This document shows positions 53,948 to 62,361 of a stretch of 64,000 nucleotides of DNA, piece by piece. The position numbers and the translations under genes were made by a program. Under the pieces are notes generated by a model that was not told the DNA's origin, did not search any database, and worked only from the letters and a program-made list of their open reading frames with translations. Origin of the DNA: an uncultured Pelolinea sp. (GTDB lineage: Bacteria; Chloroflexota; Anaerolineae; Anaerolineales; Anaerolineaceae); NCBI GenBank assembly GCA_964612815.1, contig CAZTCV010000001.1, positions 392,885-456,884 of the forward strand. Direction: 5' to 3'. The first letter of the stretch is position 1. Each line of letters begins with the position of its first letter.

Positions 53948-54285
53948 TCTTGTACCTCCGTTTCAAGCTGCTTTACCCGTTTTAATACCTGAATATACTG
54001 CTCGCCATAATCGATCTCGCTCCAGGCGAGCATGAGCAGATCCAGCGCGTGGATGAGCAGCACGGAGAGTTCCACATCTTCCCCGCGGGCCGCTTTGGTG
54101 ATGATGGTGGTGTTGATCTTATGCGCCTGATTTTGTTCTGCATTGGCGTCCGCAAGCGCTTTTTCAGCCGCATCCCAGTCGCCTTCTTCGGCATACTGCC
54201 CCGCTTCTTTCGCGAAACTGCGGGCGCTGCCCGCGTGGAGGATGAGTTGAAAAAGTACCTGCTCCATTTCCTGTGAGATTGCCAT
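53920..54285 (-). CDS. PTS lactose/cellobiose-family EIIA component
   Basis: 121 aa helical protein. EQVLFQLILHAGSARS and HAQD-like QNQAHKI are typical of ChbA/CelC. Confidence 0.85.
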   Translation of the reverse strand: MAISQEMEQVLFQLILHAGSARSFAKEAGQYAEEGDWDAAEKALADANAEQNQAHKINTTIITKAARGEDVELSVLLIHALDLLMLAWSEIDYGEQYIQVLKRVKQLETEVQEWKDQASKK

Positions 54286-54309
54286 TAATGCTCCTTGTAT
54301 AATTCCATT

Positions 54310-54927
54310 TTATTGTAAATGTTGTCCATTATCAAATTGAATCGGTTTCCAGGTGCCGTTGTTGTTGTGGTGATATTCGGAGATGCCGCAGGCGATCCAG
54401 GGGCCGACAGCGCGCCAAACTGAGAGGTCTTTTTCCTGCAGATGCTGGGTGAGCACGCTGAGCAGTCCCCAATGGAGGACGATGAGCACGCGTTCACCGT
54501 GATGTTTTTCAGCGATAGCGTCAAAGGTGGTGGTGACGCGGTTGACAAAATTATCAGCGCTTTCACCGGAAGCCCAAAGGGCAAATTTGACCAGCGGCAG
54601 GGTGAGCTTTGGACCGGAAAGGTCCGGCTCAAACCATTTCATTGACTGCCCTTCGAGCCAGCCATAATAACGCTCTTTCAAACCATCAACCGGAACGGGT
54701 TCCATATTGATGGCATTACCGATGATGCTGGCTGTGGTCATGGCGCGCCCAAGGGGTGAGCAGTAGAAAGCATCAAAAGATTGACCGCGAAAGTGCTGCG
54801 CTGTTTTGTGCGCGTCCTGTAAACCCCTTTCAGAAAGGGGGCCATCGGTCTGGCCGTGGATCTTCTGGCTGGTGATGGTCTGCGTTTCGGCGTGGCGAAC
54901 TAACACCACCTGTGTTGATTGTTTCAT
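54310..54927 (-). CDS. histidine phosphatase (phosphoglycerate-mutase-like) family protein
   Basis: VVLVRHAETQ (RHG-type motif) and a later H in VLIVLHWG. Start set at MKQSTQ (ATG 54925-54927); the listed Arg/Ala-rich extension overlaps the upstream gene. Confidence 0.8.
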   Translation of the reverse strand: MKQSTQVVLVRHAETQTITSQKIHGQTDGPLSERGLQDAHKTAQHFRGQSFDAFYCSPLGRAMTTASIIGNAINMEPVPVDGLKERYYGWLEGQSMKWFEPDLSGPKLTLPLVKFALWASGESADNFVNRVTTTFDAIAEKHHGERVLIVLHWGLLSVLTQHLQEKDLSVWRAVGPWIACGISEYHHNNNGTWKPIQFDNGQHLQ

Positions 54928-54941
54928 TGAAAAAACCGTTC

Positions 54942-55595
54942 TTAATTTAGCGGTTGTGCTGAATCTGCCACGCAGCGGAACCCGACGAAGGGATTCTTTC
55001 TGCGGGGGGTGTGCATGCGGATGTGAAAAGTTTGCGCTTCCTCCGGACCATCGAGCCAATCTCCGCCGCGCAGCGGCGCGCGCAGCTGGGAGGGCTGGCC
55101 GCCGCCGATCCATTCCCACACGTTGCCGGCCATATCCTGACAGCCGTAAGGGCTATCGCCCTGCGGGGAGTATTTCCCGATAGGAGTGGTATCGCCGGAA
55201 AAGACGTTGGCGTTGTCAATGCTCCACTCGTTACCCCAGGGCCAGGTGCGGCCATCGCTGCCGCGGGCGGCTTTTTCCCACTCTTCATTGGTGGGAAGGC
55301 GCTTTCCGGCCCATTCGGCGTATGCGGTAGCGCTAAACCAGTTCACTTCCACGACCGGGTGATCGGCTTTCCCTTCGGGATAGGTCACTCCGCGCCAGTG
55401 TGATGGCTGGTCATGCCCGGTGGCATCGACAAAGAGTTTGTATTCCGCGTTGGTGACCGGGGTAAGGTCAATGAAGTATTCCGCTGTCTGCTGTTTTTCC
55501 TGATCTTCGCCAAAAAGGAATTCTCCGGCGGGGATCTTAACCATTGCTTTTTCGATTTTTCCTGCCTTAAAGAGCGGGAGTTTTTTCTCTGCCAT
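54942..55595 (-). CDS. formylglycine-generating-enzyme (SUMF1/EgtB/PvdO) family protein, short cytoplasmic form
   Basis: VTNAEYKLFV, YAEWAGKRLPTNEEWEKAARG, GNVWEW and RGGDW are FGE-sulfatase domain hallmarks. No signal peptide. Confidence 0.8.
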   Translation of the reverse strand: MAEKKLPLFKAGKIEKAMVKIPAGEFLFGEDQEKQQTAEYFIDLTPVTNAEYKLFVDATGHDQPSHWRGVTYPEGKADHPVVEVNWFSATAYAEWAGKRLPTNEEWEKAARGSDGRTWPWGNEWSIDNANVFSGDTTPIGKYSPQGDSPYGCQDMAGNVWEWIGGGQPSQLRAPLRGGDWLDGPEEAQTFHIRMHTPRRKNPFVGFRCVADSAQPLN

Positions 55596-55623
55596 TTTTT
55601 TACTCCTAAGAAATCATTTCTTC

Positions 55624-56418
55624 TTAATCTTTAAACGTATTGATAAGCCAATAATAGGCAGCGATAAACGCTGCAAGATAATAAATTGCGGTAGCGATGG
55701 AGATAGGCGCGGGGGTGATACCGACTGATACCTGTCCGGCTTCGGCTCCGCCCAGAATAAGTTGGATGGAGATAACCAGCGCCATGAAGAGTGTCATGGC
55801 AAGCACAGCGATCCAAAAACGTCCTTTCTTGTGGCCAATGGATTGGGCTGTGAGGACGCCCTGGACGGCGCTGACAGCCAGAAAGGCGACGCGGAACAGA
55901 ATGAGGGCGATGATACTGGCTGAAAGGAGCAAGGCATTACTGGTAGAGATCGCTTCGACCGTGATGTTGGATGCGGTGTTGCCAAACAACACCTGGAAGC
56001 CAGCGCCAACAAGGATGATACCGGTAAAAACCTGCGCTACGAGCCCTGCGCCAAAACCAAGCGCCAAGCCGTCCGCCATGAGGGCGGGGGCAGGCTGGTC
56101 TTTACTTTTGATCCTGAGCACGATCAGCATGCCAAGCCCGATGAAAAGGGCGGCTATGAGGGCGCTGAAAAAGATAAATGAAAAATCGAGCGGCTGTCCG
56201 GTAAAACCAACTGATGCAGCGCCTTGATACATGACCTGGCGCAGAATACTGCTAAAAAATTGATTAATGAGATTGGTGACGAGCCAAAGGCCAATGCCCC
56301 AATAGACCAGGTCGCGCTTGTAGTCCGGGCTATAGCGGCTGATGAGCCCCATCGGCAGCCCGGGTGAAAAGATGAAGATAAAACCGCTGGCGATCACCAG
56401 CAAGGCACGCAAAAACAT
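55624..56418 (-). CDS. polytopic membrane protein of unknown function
   Basis: 264 aa with about 7-8 hydrophobic segments and no catalytic motif recognised. Confidence 0.6.
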   Translation of the reverse strand: MFLRALLVIASGFIFIFSPGLPMGLISRYSPDYKRDLVYWGIGLWLVTNLINQFFSSILRQVMYQGAASVGFTGQPLDFSFIFFSALIAALFIGLGMLIVLRIKSKDQPAPALMADGLALGFGAGLVAQVFTGIILVGAGFQVLFGNTASNITVEAISTSNALLLSASIIALILFRVAFLAVSAVQGVLTAQSIGHKKGRFWIAVLAMTLFMALVISIQLILGGAEAGQVSVGITPAPISIATAIYYLAAFIAAYYWLINTFKD

Positions 56419-56458
56419 AGGAGACCCTTTGTATTTAAATTGTAGTTGAGCTTAAAAT

Positions 56459-56800
56459 CTATTGTTCCTGTCCTTTGAGGGCGGTCATGATCTGTTCAAA
56501 GATCTTTTCGCCATCGATCATGCCATAAGCAACGGAATCGATATTTTCAACGACGATACCGAGCGGTTCAGCGACCTGATCGATACTGCGTTTCTTGAAA
56601 CGCGCCTGGGGGGCGATGAGGACGATATCGACCGGGTCTTCCGCGAAATTCCAGCGGCCAATCTCTGGTACGTCAATCGCTTTGATCTCAAAAGGAACGC
56701 CTGCTTCTTCGGCCACTTTGGTGGTTTTTTGCTCGATCAAGCTGGATGACATGCCAATCGCGCAAACCATTAGAACTCTGATTTTCTTTTTTTCTGCCAT
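56459..56800 (-). CDS. PTS lactose/cellobiose-family EIIB component
   Basis: KIRVLMVCAIGMSSSL carries the phospho-Cys loop. 113 aa. Confidence 0.85.
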   Translation of the reverse strand: MAEKKKIRVLMVCAIGMSSSLIEQKTTKVAEEAGVPFEIKAIDVPEIGRWNFAEDPVDIVLIAPQARFKKRSIDQVAEPLGIVVENIDSVAYGMIDGEKIFEQIMTALKGQEQ

Positions 56801-56844
56801 TTCTTCTCCGAAAATGAAAATATTTTGACTTGATGGTTAGTATA

Positions 56845-58233
56845 TCATCTAAGTTTTGGAAAATAATCACCATGCTGGTCGAGATAATCATCAAGGATCG
56901 CGCGGGCGATCTCGAATGAAGGTACGAGCGGATGGATGGTGAGCGCTTTGAGGGCCAGATCGTATGAGCGCTCAACCGCAGCCTGGATGGTGAGCTGTTC
57001 GTACGCTTTGACCGCGTTCAGCAACGCCAAATTTTCAGCGGGGATAGTTCCAACCGCAAAGGGGCGCACAACGCCATTGGAAACGAGGCAGGTCGCTTCA
57101 ACGACAGCGTCGTGATCCATGCCCGGGATAGCACCGCGGTTGGGAACGTTGAGGATCATCAGTTTAGACGCATCGGTGAGCGCTTTGATGACGTTTAAGG
57201 CAACTGCGGAATATCCTTCAGCGGATTCATCCATCGCCTGTTCCACATCCAGCTCATTGGCCGATTCCATTTTTACCTGTTCAAATGTTTTACCGGTTTC
57301 AAGCGACATGTAGGTGCCGTGGCGCTGATCGAGGTAACGCAGGTAGATGGCGTGGATCTTGGCGGGGTCGTCTTCCTCATCGCGGATGCGGGCGAGACTG
57401 CTGTAGAGCTCGTCATTAAAGGGCTGGATCTGCAAGGCGCGGCTGATACCGGATTTGACCAGATTCTCCACTGATTCGCGCGGGTGATAATAGAAGTAAT
57501 TGTATTCATTCGGCAGCGCGCCGCGCGCCGCGATTTCCGCCCGGGTGACATGGATGTGATCGAGGTATTCATCCACGGCGGGATCATCGCTGAAGATCTT
57601 TGGCAGCATATCAACGCCATCCAGATAGAGCGCGCGCATCCAGCCGAGGTGGTTGATGCCGTAATAATCGGGGAAAAGACGGTCGTAATCCACATTGAGC
57701 AGCTGGGACGCACCGCGCATCATGTTGGCGGGGTTGTCACAAATGCCGACCGTATGTTCGAAACCAGCGACGCGGGTGATGGCTTCGGTGACGATACCGG
57801 CGGGGTTGGTGAAATTGATCAGCCAGGCATGCGGCGCAAGTTCTTTGATGAGATGGACATAATCGAGAATGACCGGGATGGTGCGCAGCGCCATGGCGAA
57901 ACCGCCGGGACCGGTCGTTTCCTGGCCAAGGACACCATATTTGAGCGGCACCTGCTCATCGATGACCCGTGAGGCAATTGACCCTTCACGGAAGGTGGTG
58001 ACGATATAGTCCGCGCCCTTAATAGCTGCGCGCGCATCGGTGGTCCATTGCAAGTCGAATTTGGGCTGCTTGACCAGGCGCGGTTTACAGGCGAGCTTGA
58101 TCAGCTCGAGGCGTTCGGGGTCGATATCCATCATGCAGACTGTATCGAGTGGGAGCTGATCCTGAAAATTGAGAATACTTTGAATGACGAGCGGGGTGCG
58201 CACACCCCCTGCACCAATAAATGTTAGTTTCAT
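56845..58233 (-). CDS. glycoside hydrolase family 4 protein (paralog a)
   Basis: MKLTFIGAGGVRTP, TVGICDNP and YGINHLGW. Confidence 0.8.
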   Translation of the reverse strand: MKLTFIGAGGVRTPLVIQSILNFQDQLPLDTVCMMDIDPERLELIKLACKPRLVKQPKFDLQWTTDARAAIKGADYIVTTFREGSIASRVIDEQVPLKYGVLGQETTGPGGFAMALRTIPVILDYVHLIKELAPHAWLINFTNPAGIVTEAITRVAGFEHTVGICDNPANMMRGASQLLNVDYDRLFPDYYGINHLGWMRALYLDGVDMLPKIFSDDPAVDEYLDHIHVTRAEIAARGALPNEYNYFYYHPRESVENLVKSGISRALQIQPFNDELYSSLARIRDEEDDPAKIHAIYLRYLDQRHGTYMSLETGKTFEQVKMESANELDVEQAMDESAEGYSAVALNVIKALTDASKLMILNVPNRGAIPGMDHDAVVEATCLVSNGVVRPFAVGTIPAENLALLNAVKAYEQLTIQAAVERSYDLALKALTIHPLVPSFEIARAILDDYLDQHGDYFPKLR

Positions 58234-58300
58234 AATTCCCTTCTATAAAAAAGGGGACGCGGCACGCCGCATCCCCTGATCGAACGATGAAAAAGCGGGC

Positions 58301-59578
58301 CTAGTGCTTGACGGCTGCTTCTTCTTTTTCCATCACCTGTTTCTCCCAGGCCTTGAAGGCGGGGAACCAGATGATGCCTGGAATGACGAATTCAACAAGC
58401 AATGCAAGAATGATCGCGCGCCAGTCGTAGCCGGTGGCGAGGAACATCAGGATCGGTGTTGGCAGCGTCCAAGGCGCTGCAATGTAGGTCGGGTTGACCA
58501 ACCCAGCCGCGGTGGCGAGGTATGCAACCGTGGTGTTGAGGAAGGTGATGACGATGAAGGGGATGGCCAAAACGGGGTTGAAGATGACCGGGGCACCGAA
58601 GGTGATCGGTTCATTGATATTGAAGATACCGGGCCAAACACCCAACCAGCCGACTCTGCGGAGCCGCTCAGATTTGGAGCGGGTGAAGTAGATGGCGAGC
58701 GGCAGGGTTGCGCCGGAGCCGCCGGGAACTACGAAGGAGCGGAAGAGCTCGGTGTAGATCGCTGTTGGTTTCATACCAGCTGCCACTGCCTGCGCGTTGG
58801 CGGCGATGTTTGCCTGCCAGACGGGTTGGAGGGCGATACCGATGGTGAGGTCACCATGGATACCCATGGTCCACAGGAATGCGTGGAAGGTTTCCGCAAT
58901 GGCTGCCGCGACATAGGTGGAAGCAGCGGGAACGACCGCGCTGAGGACCTGGAACAGGCCGGCCGCGAGATCGAAGTTGAGCACGAAGCGGATCAGCCAC
59001 CAGCCGAATGCCAAAACGGCACCGGGGACGAGGGCTGCGAACGCAGCGGTGATTGCCGGGGGAACGCCATCGGGCATCTTGATGACCATGTTGCGTTTCA
59101 TGAAGAAGTTGAACACCTCAACAGAGATAACAGCAACCACGATCGCGGTAAACATACCGGAATTGTCCAGGAATGTGCCGGCTTCGCCATCCGGAAGTCC
59201 GGGGCTGGCGACGAGGATAAAGGACATGAAAGCAAAGAATACCGGCATGAGGGCATCCAAGCCACGGCGGCGGGCCAATGAATAGGACACTGAAAGAACA
59301 ACATACAGTGACAGCAGCCCGAAGGTGACGCTGAAAACGCTCCATAGTGAACCGGAGATATTCTCTGGCAGGACACTCTCAAAATAGCATGCTGCTTCAT
59401 CCCGGAAGCAAAGCGGGAATTGCAGGACGACCAATACGAGCGCGCCGACAATGATCAGCGGCATGAGGGCGACAAAACCATCACGGATGGAGGCAAGGAT
59501 TGGCTGATCGAACACGGGAGCCAATTTCTCCATAAAGCCGGTCATGGCATCTGCCCAGTTTTTCTTTTTTTCTGGCAT
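58301..59578 (-). CDS. PTS lactose/cellobiose-family EIIC permease
   Basis: 425 aa, about 10 TM segments, N-terminal MEKLAPVFDQPILASIRDGF typical of ChbC/CelB-type EIIC. Confidence 0.85.
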   Translation of the reverse strand: MPEKKKNWADAMTGFMEKLAPVFDQPILASIRDGFVALMPLIIVGALVLVVLQFPLCFRDEAACYFESVLPENISGSLWSVFSVTFGLLSLYVVLSVSYSLARRRGLDALMPVFFAFMSFILVASPGLPDGEAGTFLDNSGMFTAIVVAVISVEVFNFFMKRNMVIKMPDGVPPAITAAFAALVPGAVLAFGWWLIRFVLNFDLAAGLFQVLSAVVPAASTYVAAAIAETFHAFLWTMGIHGDLTIGIALQPVWQANIAANAQAVAAGMKPTAIYTELFRSFVVPGGSGATLPLAIYFTRSKSERLRRVGWLGVWPGIFNINEPITFGAPVIFNPVLAIPFIVITFLNTTVAYLATAAGLVNPTYIAAPWTLPTPILMFLATGYDWRAIILALLVEFVIPGIIWFPAFKAWEKQVMEKEEAAVKH

Positions 59579-59721
59579 TTGACTTACTCCTTTTTAATTA
59601 ATAAGATTGATAAGAATTGATTGGTCTACAACACGTTTATATATCGCGTCCCGAGGCACCTCCTTTTTCAGATGAATTTTTATAAAGTGTGATTATGAAA
59701 CGATAAGTGCAAACTCCCTGG

Positions 59722-59753
59722 AAAATAAAACACCCTGCTGTTGAAGCAAGGTG
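59722..59753 (-). terminator. intrinsic terminator inside the long leader upstream of the PTS operon (candidate attenuator)
   Basis: On the minus strand: CACCTTGC-ttcaaca-GCAGGGTG followed by TTTTATTTT, about 145 nt upstream of the EIIC start codon. Confidence 0.5.
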
Positions 59754-60053
59754 CTGGCATGTTGAACGGAAAGGATTCGGCGAATCCAAATAAAAGCAAA
59801 TAGAGCTGAAAGGGTTCCAGAGTATTGATCCATGTTAATCTTCCCTTTTTGTTATTATCATTATACAAGAAACCACCGAATTTTTGACCATGAAATTTGG
59901 CTTAACTTCAGTGACGGTCATCATGTACTTTTAATAAACACACTTTACGCATGGTGGTTACGACTTAACCATATCAAATTTATCGTGTGTTTTCAAGTAT
60001 TTCCAGATAAGAAAACACCCCGTGATTTCTTATTCCGGATTCGAAATTTGAAC

Positions 60054-60079
60054 AAAAAAACCCTCACAGGAGGGTTTTT
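60054..60079. terminator. intrinsic terminator immediately 3' of tRNA-Leu
   Basis: A7-CCCTC-acag-GAGGG-T5. On the minus strand the T7 run follows the stem. Confidence 0.7.
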
Positions 60080-60081
60080 GA

Positions 60082-60163
60082 TGCCGAAGGTGGGAATCGA
60101 ACCCACAATCCCAAGGGAACACGAGTTTGAGTCGTGCGCGTATGCCAGTTCCGCCACTTCGGC
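60082..60163 (-). tRNA. tRNA-Leu (anticodon CAA)
   Basis: Reverse complement GCCGAAGTGGCGGAACTGGCATACGCGCACGACTCAAACTCGTGTTCCCTTGGGATTGTGGGTTCGATTCCCACCTTCGGCA. It shows a 7-bp acceptor stem, anticodon stem CACGA/TCGTG with loop CTCAAAC, a long variable arm and T-loop TTCGATT. Confidence 0.9.
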
Positions 60164-60262
60164 TAGTGTGATGGAAGTATATCCAAGAAAATTAACGCGG
60201 TCAAGACGTGGAAAAGGCGAGATGGGCATATAATTGTTTCAAAAAACAGGAAAAATGAAATT

Positions 60263-61333
60263 ATGCGATTAGGGATCATCGGTTTGCCCCAGGCAGGAAA
60301 AACGACCATATTTAACGCGCTCACCGGCGGAGACCAACCAGTCGGCGCGTCGATCGGGCGGATGGAGGTGACCACCGCGGTGATCGATGTGCCTGACCAG
60401 CGGGTAGATGATCTTTCGGCGATGTTCAATCCGAAGAAAACGATCTATGCCAAAGTGAATTATGCTGACGTGGCCGGGCTGGGCGGGGGACAGGATAAGG
60501 GTGAGATCAGCGGCCAGCTGCTGAACCAATTGACGCAGATGGACGGATTCATTGAGGTGGTGCGCTGTTTTGAAAGCACGATGGTGCCGCATGTGCATGG
60601 CAGTGTGGACCCACTGCGCGATATCGCGCAGATGGATACAGAATTCCTGCTGAATGACCAGATCATGGTGGAACGCAAGCTGGAACGGCTGGCGGAAGAG
60701 CGCAAGAAAGGCGCGGGGCGCGACAAGGGATTGATCGAACGTGAGATCGCGTTATTTGAGCGCCTGCAGGCGTTCCTGGGAGAGGGAAAACCATTACGTG
60801 ATATCACACTGACGGATGAGGATGAGAAGATCATCTCTGGTTTTGGTTTCTTGAGCCGCAAGCCGCTGATGATCCTTTTAAATCTGGGTGACGGACAAGC
60901 GCAGCCGGATATCGTTTACGCGCACCAGCGCAGCAGCACTCTCGGATTGCAAGGGAAATTGGAGATGGAGCTGGGACGGTTATCCCGCGAAGATGCGGAG
61001 ATGTTCATGGCGGAATATGGGATCGAGGAGCTGGGGCTGAGCCGGATGATCCGTGCTTCCTATGAGCTGCTGGGATTGCTCTCGTTCTTCACTGTGGGTG
61101 AAGATGAGGTGCGGGCATGGACAGTGCGCCGAGGGGCGCTGGCACCGGAAGCAGCAGGAGAGATACACACCGACCTGGAAAAAGGATTCATCCGGGCGGA
61201 AGTGATCACGTATGATGACCTGATGGCGTGCGGCTCGATGGCAGAGGGACGGGCGAAGGGGAAGCTGCGCCTGGAGGGAAAGCAATACCCCGTTCAGGAC
61301 GGGGATATCATTTCTGTTCGTTTTAGCGCTTAG
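60263..61333 (+). CDS. ychF: redox-regulated/ribosome-binding ATPase YchF
   Basis: GIIGLPQAGKTTIFNALT P-loop and a C-terminal TGS-like end (…GKQYPVQDGDIISVRF). Confidence 0.85.
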   Translation: MRLGIIGLPQAGKTTIFNALTGGDQPVGASIGRMEVTTAVIDVPDQRVDDLSAMFNPKKTIYAKVNYADVAGLGGGQDKGEISGQLLNQLTQMDGFIEVVRCFESTMVPHVHGSVDPLRDIAQMDTEFLLNDQIMVERKLERLAEERKKGAGRDKGLIEREIALFERLQAFLGEGKPLRDITLTDEDEKIISGFGFLSRKPLMILLNLGDGQAQPDIVYAHQRSSTLGLQGKLEMELGRLSREDAEMFMAEYGIEELGLSRMIRASYELLGLLSFFTVGEDEVRAWTVRRGALAPEAAGEIHTDLEKGFIRAEVITYDDLMACGSMAEGRAKGKLRLEGKQYPVQDGDIISVRFSA

Positions 61334-61336
61334 ACA

Positions 61337-62143
61337 CTAGCTTCTTAAATATTCTTCCAGCGCGGGCAGGTCTGTCCGAGAGGTGAGGTTGATGCTGAGC
61401 GGAGTCACAGCGACCTTTTTCTCAATGCGGACGGTGTATACATCGTTGCCGGGCGTCATATCACTTTCATCCAAAATAAGGGATGGTTTTTTGTCTTTCT
61501 CTTTCTTTTGCTTAGGAATACCAAGGGAAGGGTGAAAATAGCGGACATCGGCCAGCGGGGTCACCTGCCAGGGGGTGTCGACTGTCGCGCCAACCGGCAC
61601 AACGACATTGAGGATATGCACATCATCCGGCATGCGTTTTGCAAGCATCAATTCCGCAAACAGCCTGGTGAAGTGGGCAGCGATGGTGAAATCAACCTCG
61701 TCATGGTATTCGTCCCAGGTTTCAAAAAGAATCTGCTGGGACATTGCCAATCCCGGGATTCCAAGTGAAGCCGCTTCGATGGTAGCACCGACAGTGCCGG
61801 AATAGGTAATATCGGTTGCGAAGTTTTCGCCAAAGTTGATGCCGCTGACAACCAGATCGGGTTTTTGCGGCGCGATCTCAAAAATGCCATGGGCGACAGA
61901 CTGGGAGGGAGAGCCGCCGACGGCGTAAATATCCCACTCTTTACCGTTGACGGTGAGTTTTTTCGGGGTGATGACACGGTCTGCGTTCTTTAATACGCCG
62001 CGGCCGGTGGCTGACATGTGGTCGCGCGGGGCGGCAACGGTGACATAGCCGAGATCATCGAGCGCTTCGGCGGCGGCCCACAGGCCGGGAGAATCGATTC
62101 CATCGTCATTGGATAAGAGAATGTGGATGTCTGAGTTTTTCAT
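61337..62143 (-). CDS. surE: 5'/3'-nucleotidase SurE
   Basis: ILLSNDDGIDSPG N-terminal signature and GINFGEN. Confidence 0.9.
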   Translation of the reverse strand: MKNSDIHILLSNDDGIDSPGLWAAAEALDDLGYVTVAAPRDHMSATGRGVLKNADRVITPKKLTVNGKEWDIYAVGGSPSQSVAHGIFEIAPQKPDLVVSGINFGENFATDITYSGTVGATIEAASLGIPGLAMSQQILFETWDEYHDEVDFTIAAHFTRLFAELMLAKRMPDDVHILNVVVPVGATVDTPWQVTPLADVRYFHPSLGIPKQKKEKDKKPSLILDESDMTPGNDVYTVRIEKKVAVTPLSINLTSRTDLPALEEYLRS

Positions 62144-62159
62144 GATTTACCTTTTCTAT

Positions 62160-62187
62160 AAAGAACACGGAGCGGTTGATCCGCTCC
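62160..62187 (-). terminator. stem-loop 3' of tRNA-Arg (possible partial terminator)
   Basis: GGAGCGG-atcaa-CCGCTCC followed by GTGTTCTTT on the minus strand. It lies only ~17 nt before the surE start, so read-through is likely. Confidence 0.35.
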
Positions 62188-62198
62188 GGATTGATGAG

Positions 62199-62272
62199 TG
62201 CCCCCGGCAGAATTCGAATCTGCAGCCTTTTGCTCCGCAAGCAAACGCTCTATCCAATTGAGCTACGAGGGC
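62199..62272 (-). tRNA. tRNA-Arg (anticodon GCG)
   Basis: Reverse complement GCCCTCGTAGCTCAATTGGATAGAGCGTTTGCTTGCGGAGCAAAAGGCTGCAGATTCGAATTCTGCCGGGGGCA. It folds as a cloverleaf with anticodon stem TTTGC/GCAAA and loop TTGCGGA. Confidence 0.85.
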
Positions 62273-62361
62273 ATGGGAACCATTCAACCATACTATACCG
62301 CAGGGGCCAAAAACCGTCAAGCAAGAGAAGAAAAGCCAGGCCAGGCGGCTGTTTTTGCGGC

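Noticed and set aside
54928-55119. Arg/Ala-rich 64 aa N-terminal extension of the histidine phosphatase ORF.
   Set aside because: It overlaps the 3' end of the FGE-like gene in another frame. The internal ATG (54925-54927) gives a protein that starts just before the RHA(E)T catalytic motif, as is usual for the family.
59832-60233. ORFs of 133 aa (+) and 78 aa (-) overlapping tRNA-Leu.
   Set aside because: They run through a canonical tRNA gene and its terminator. The translations have no protein-like features.
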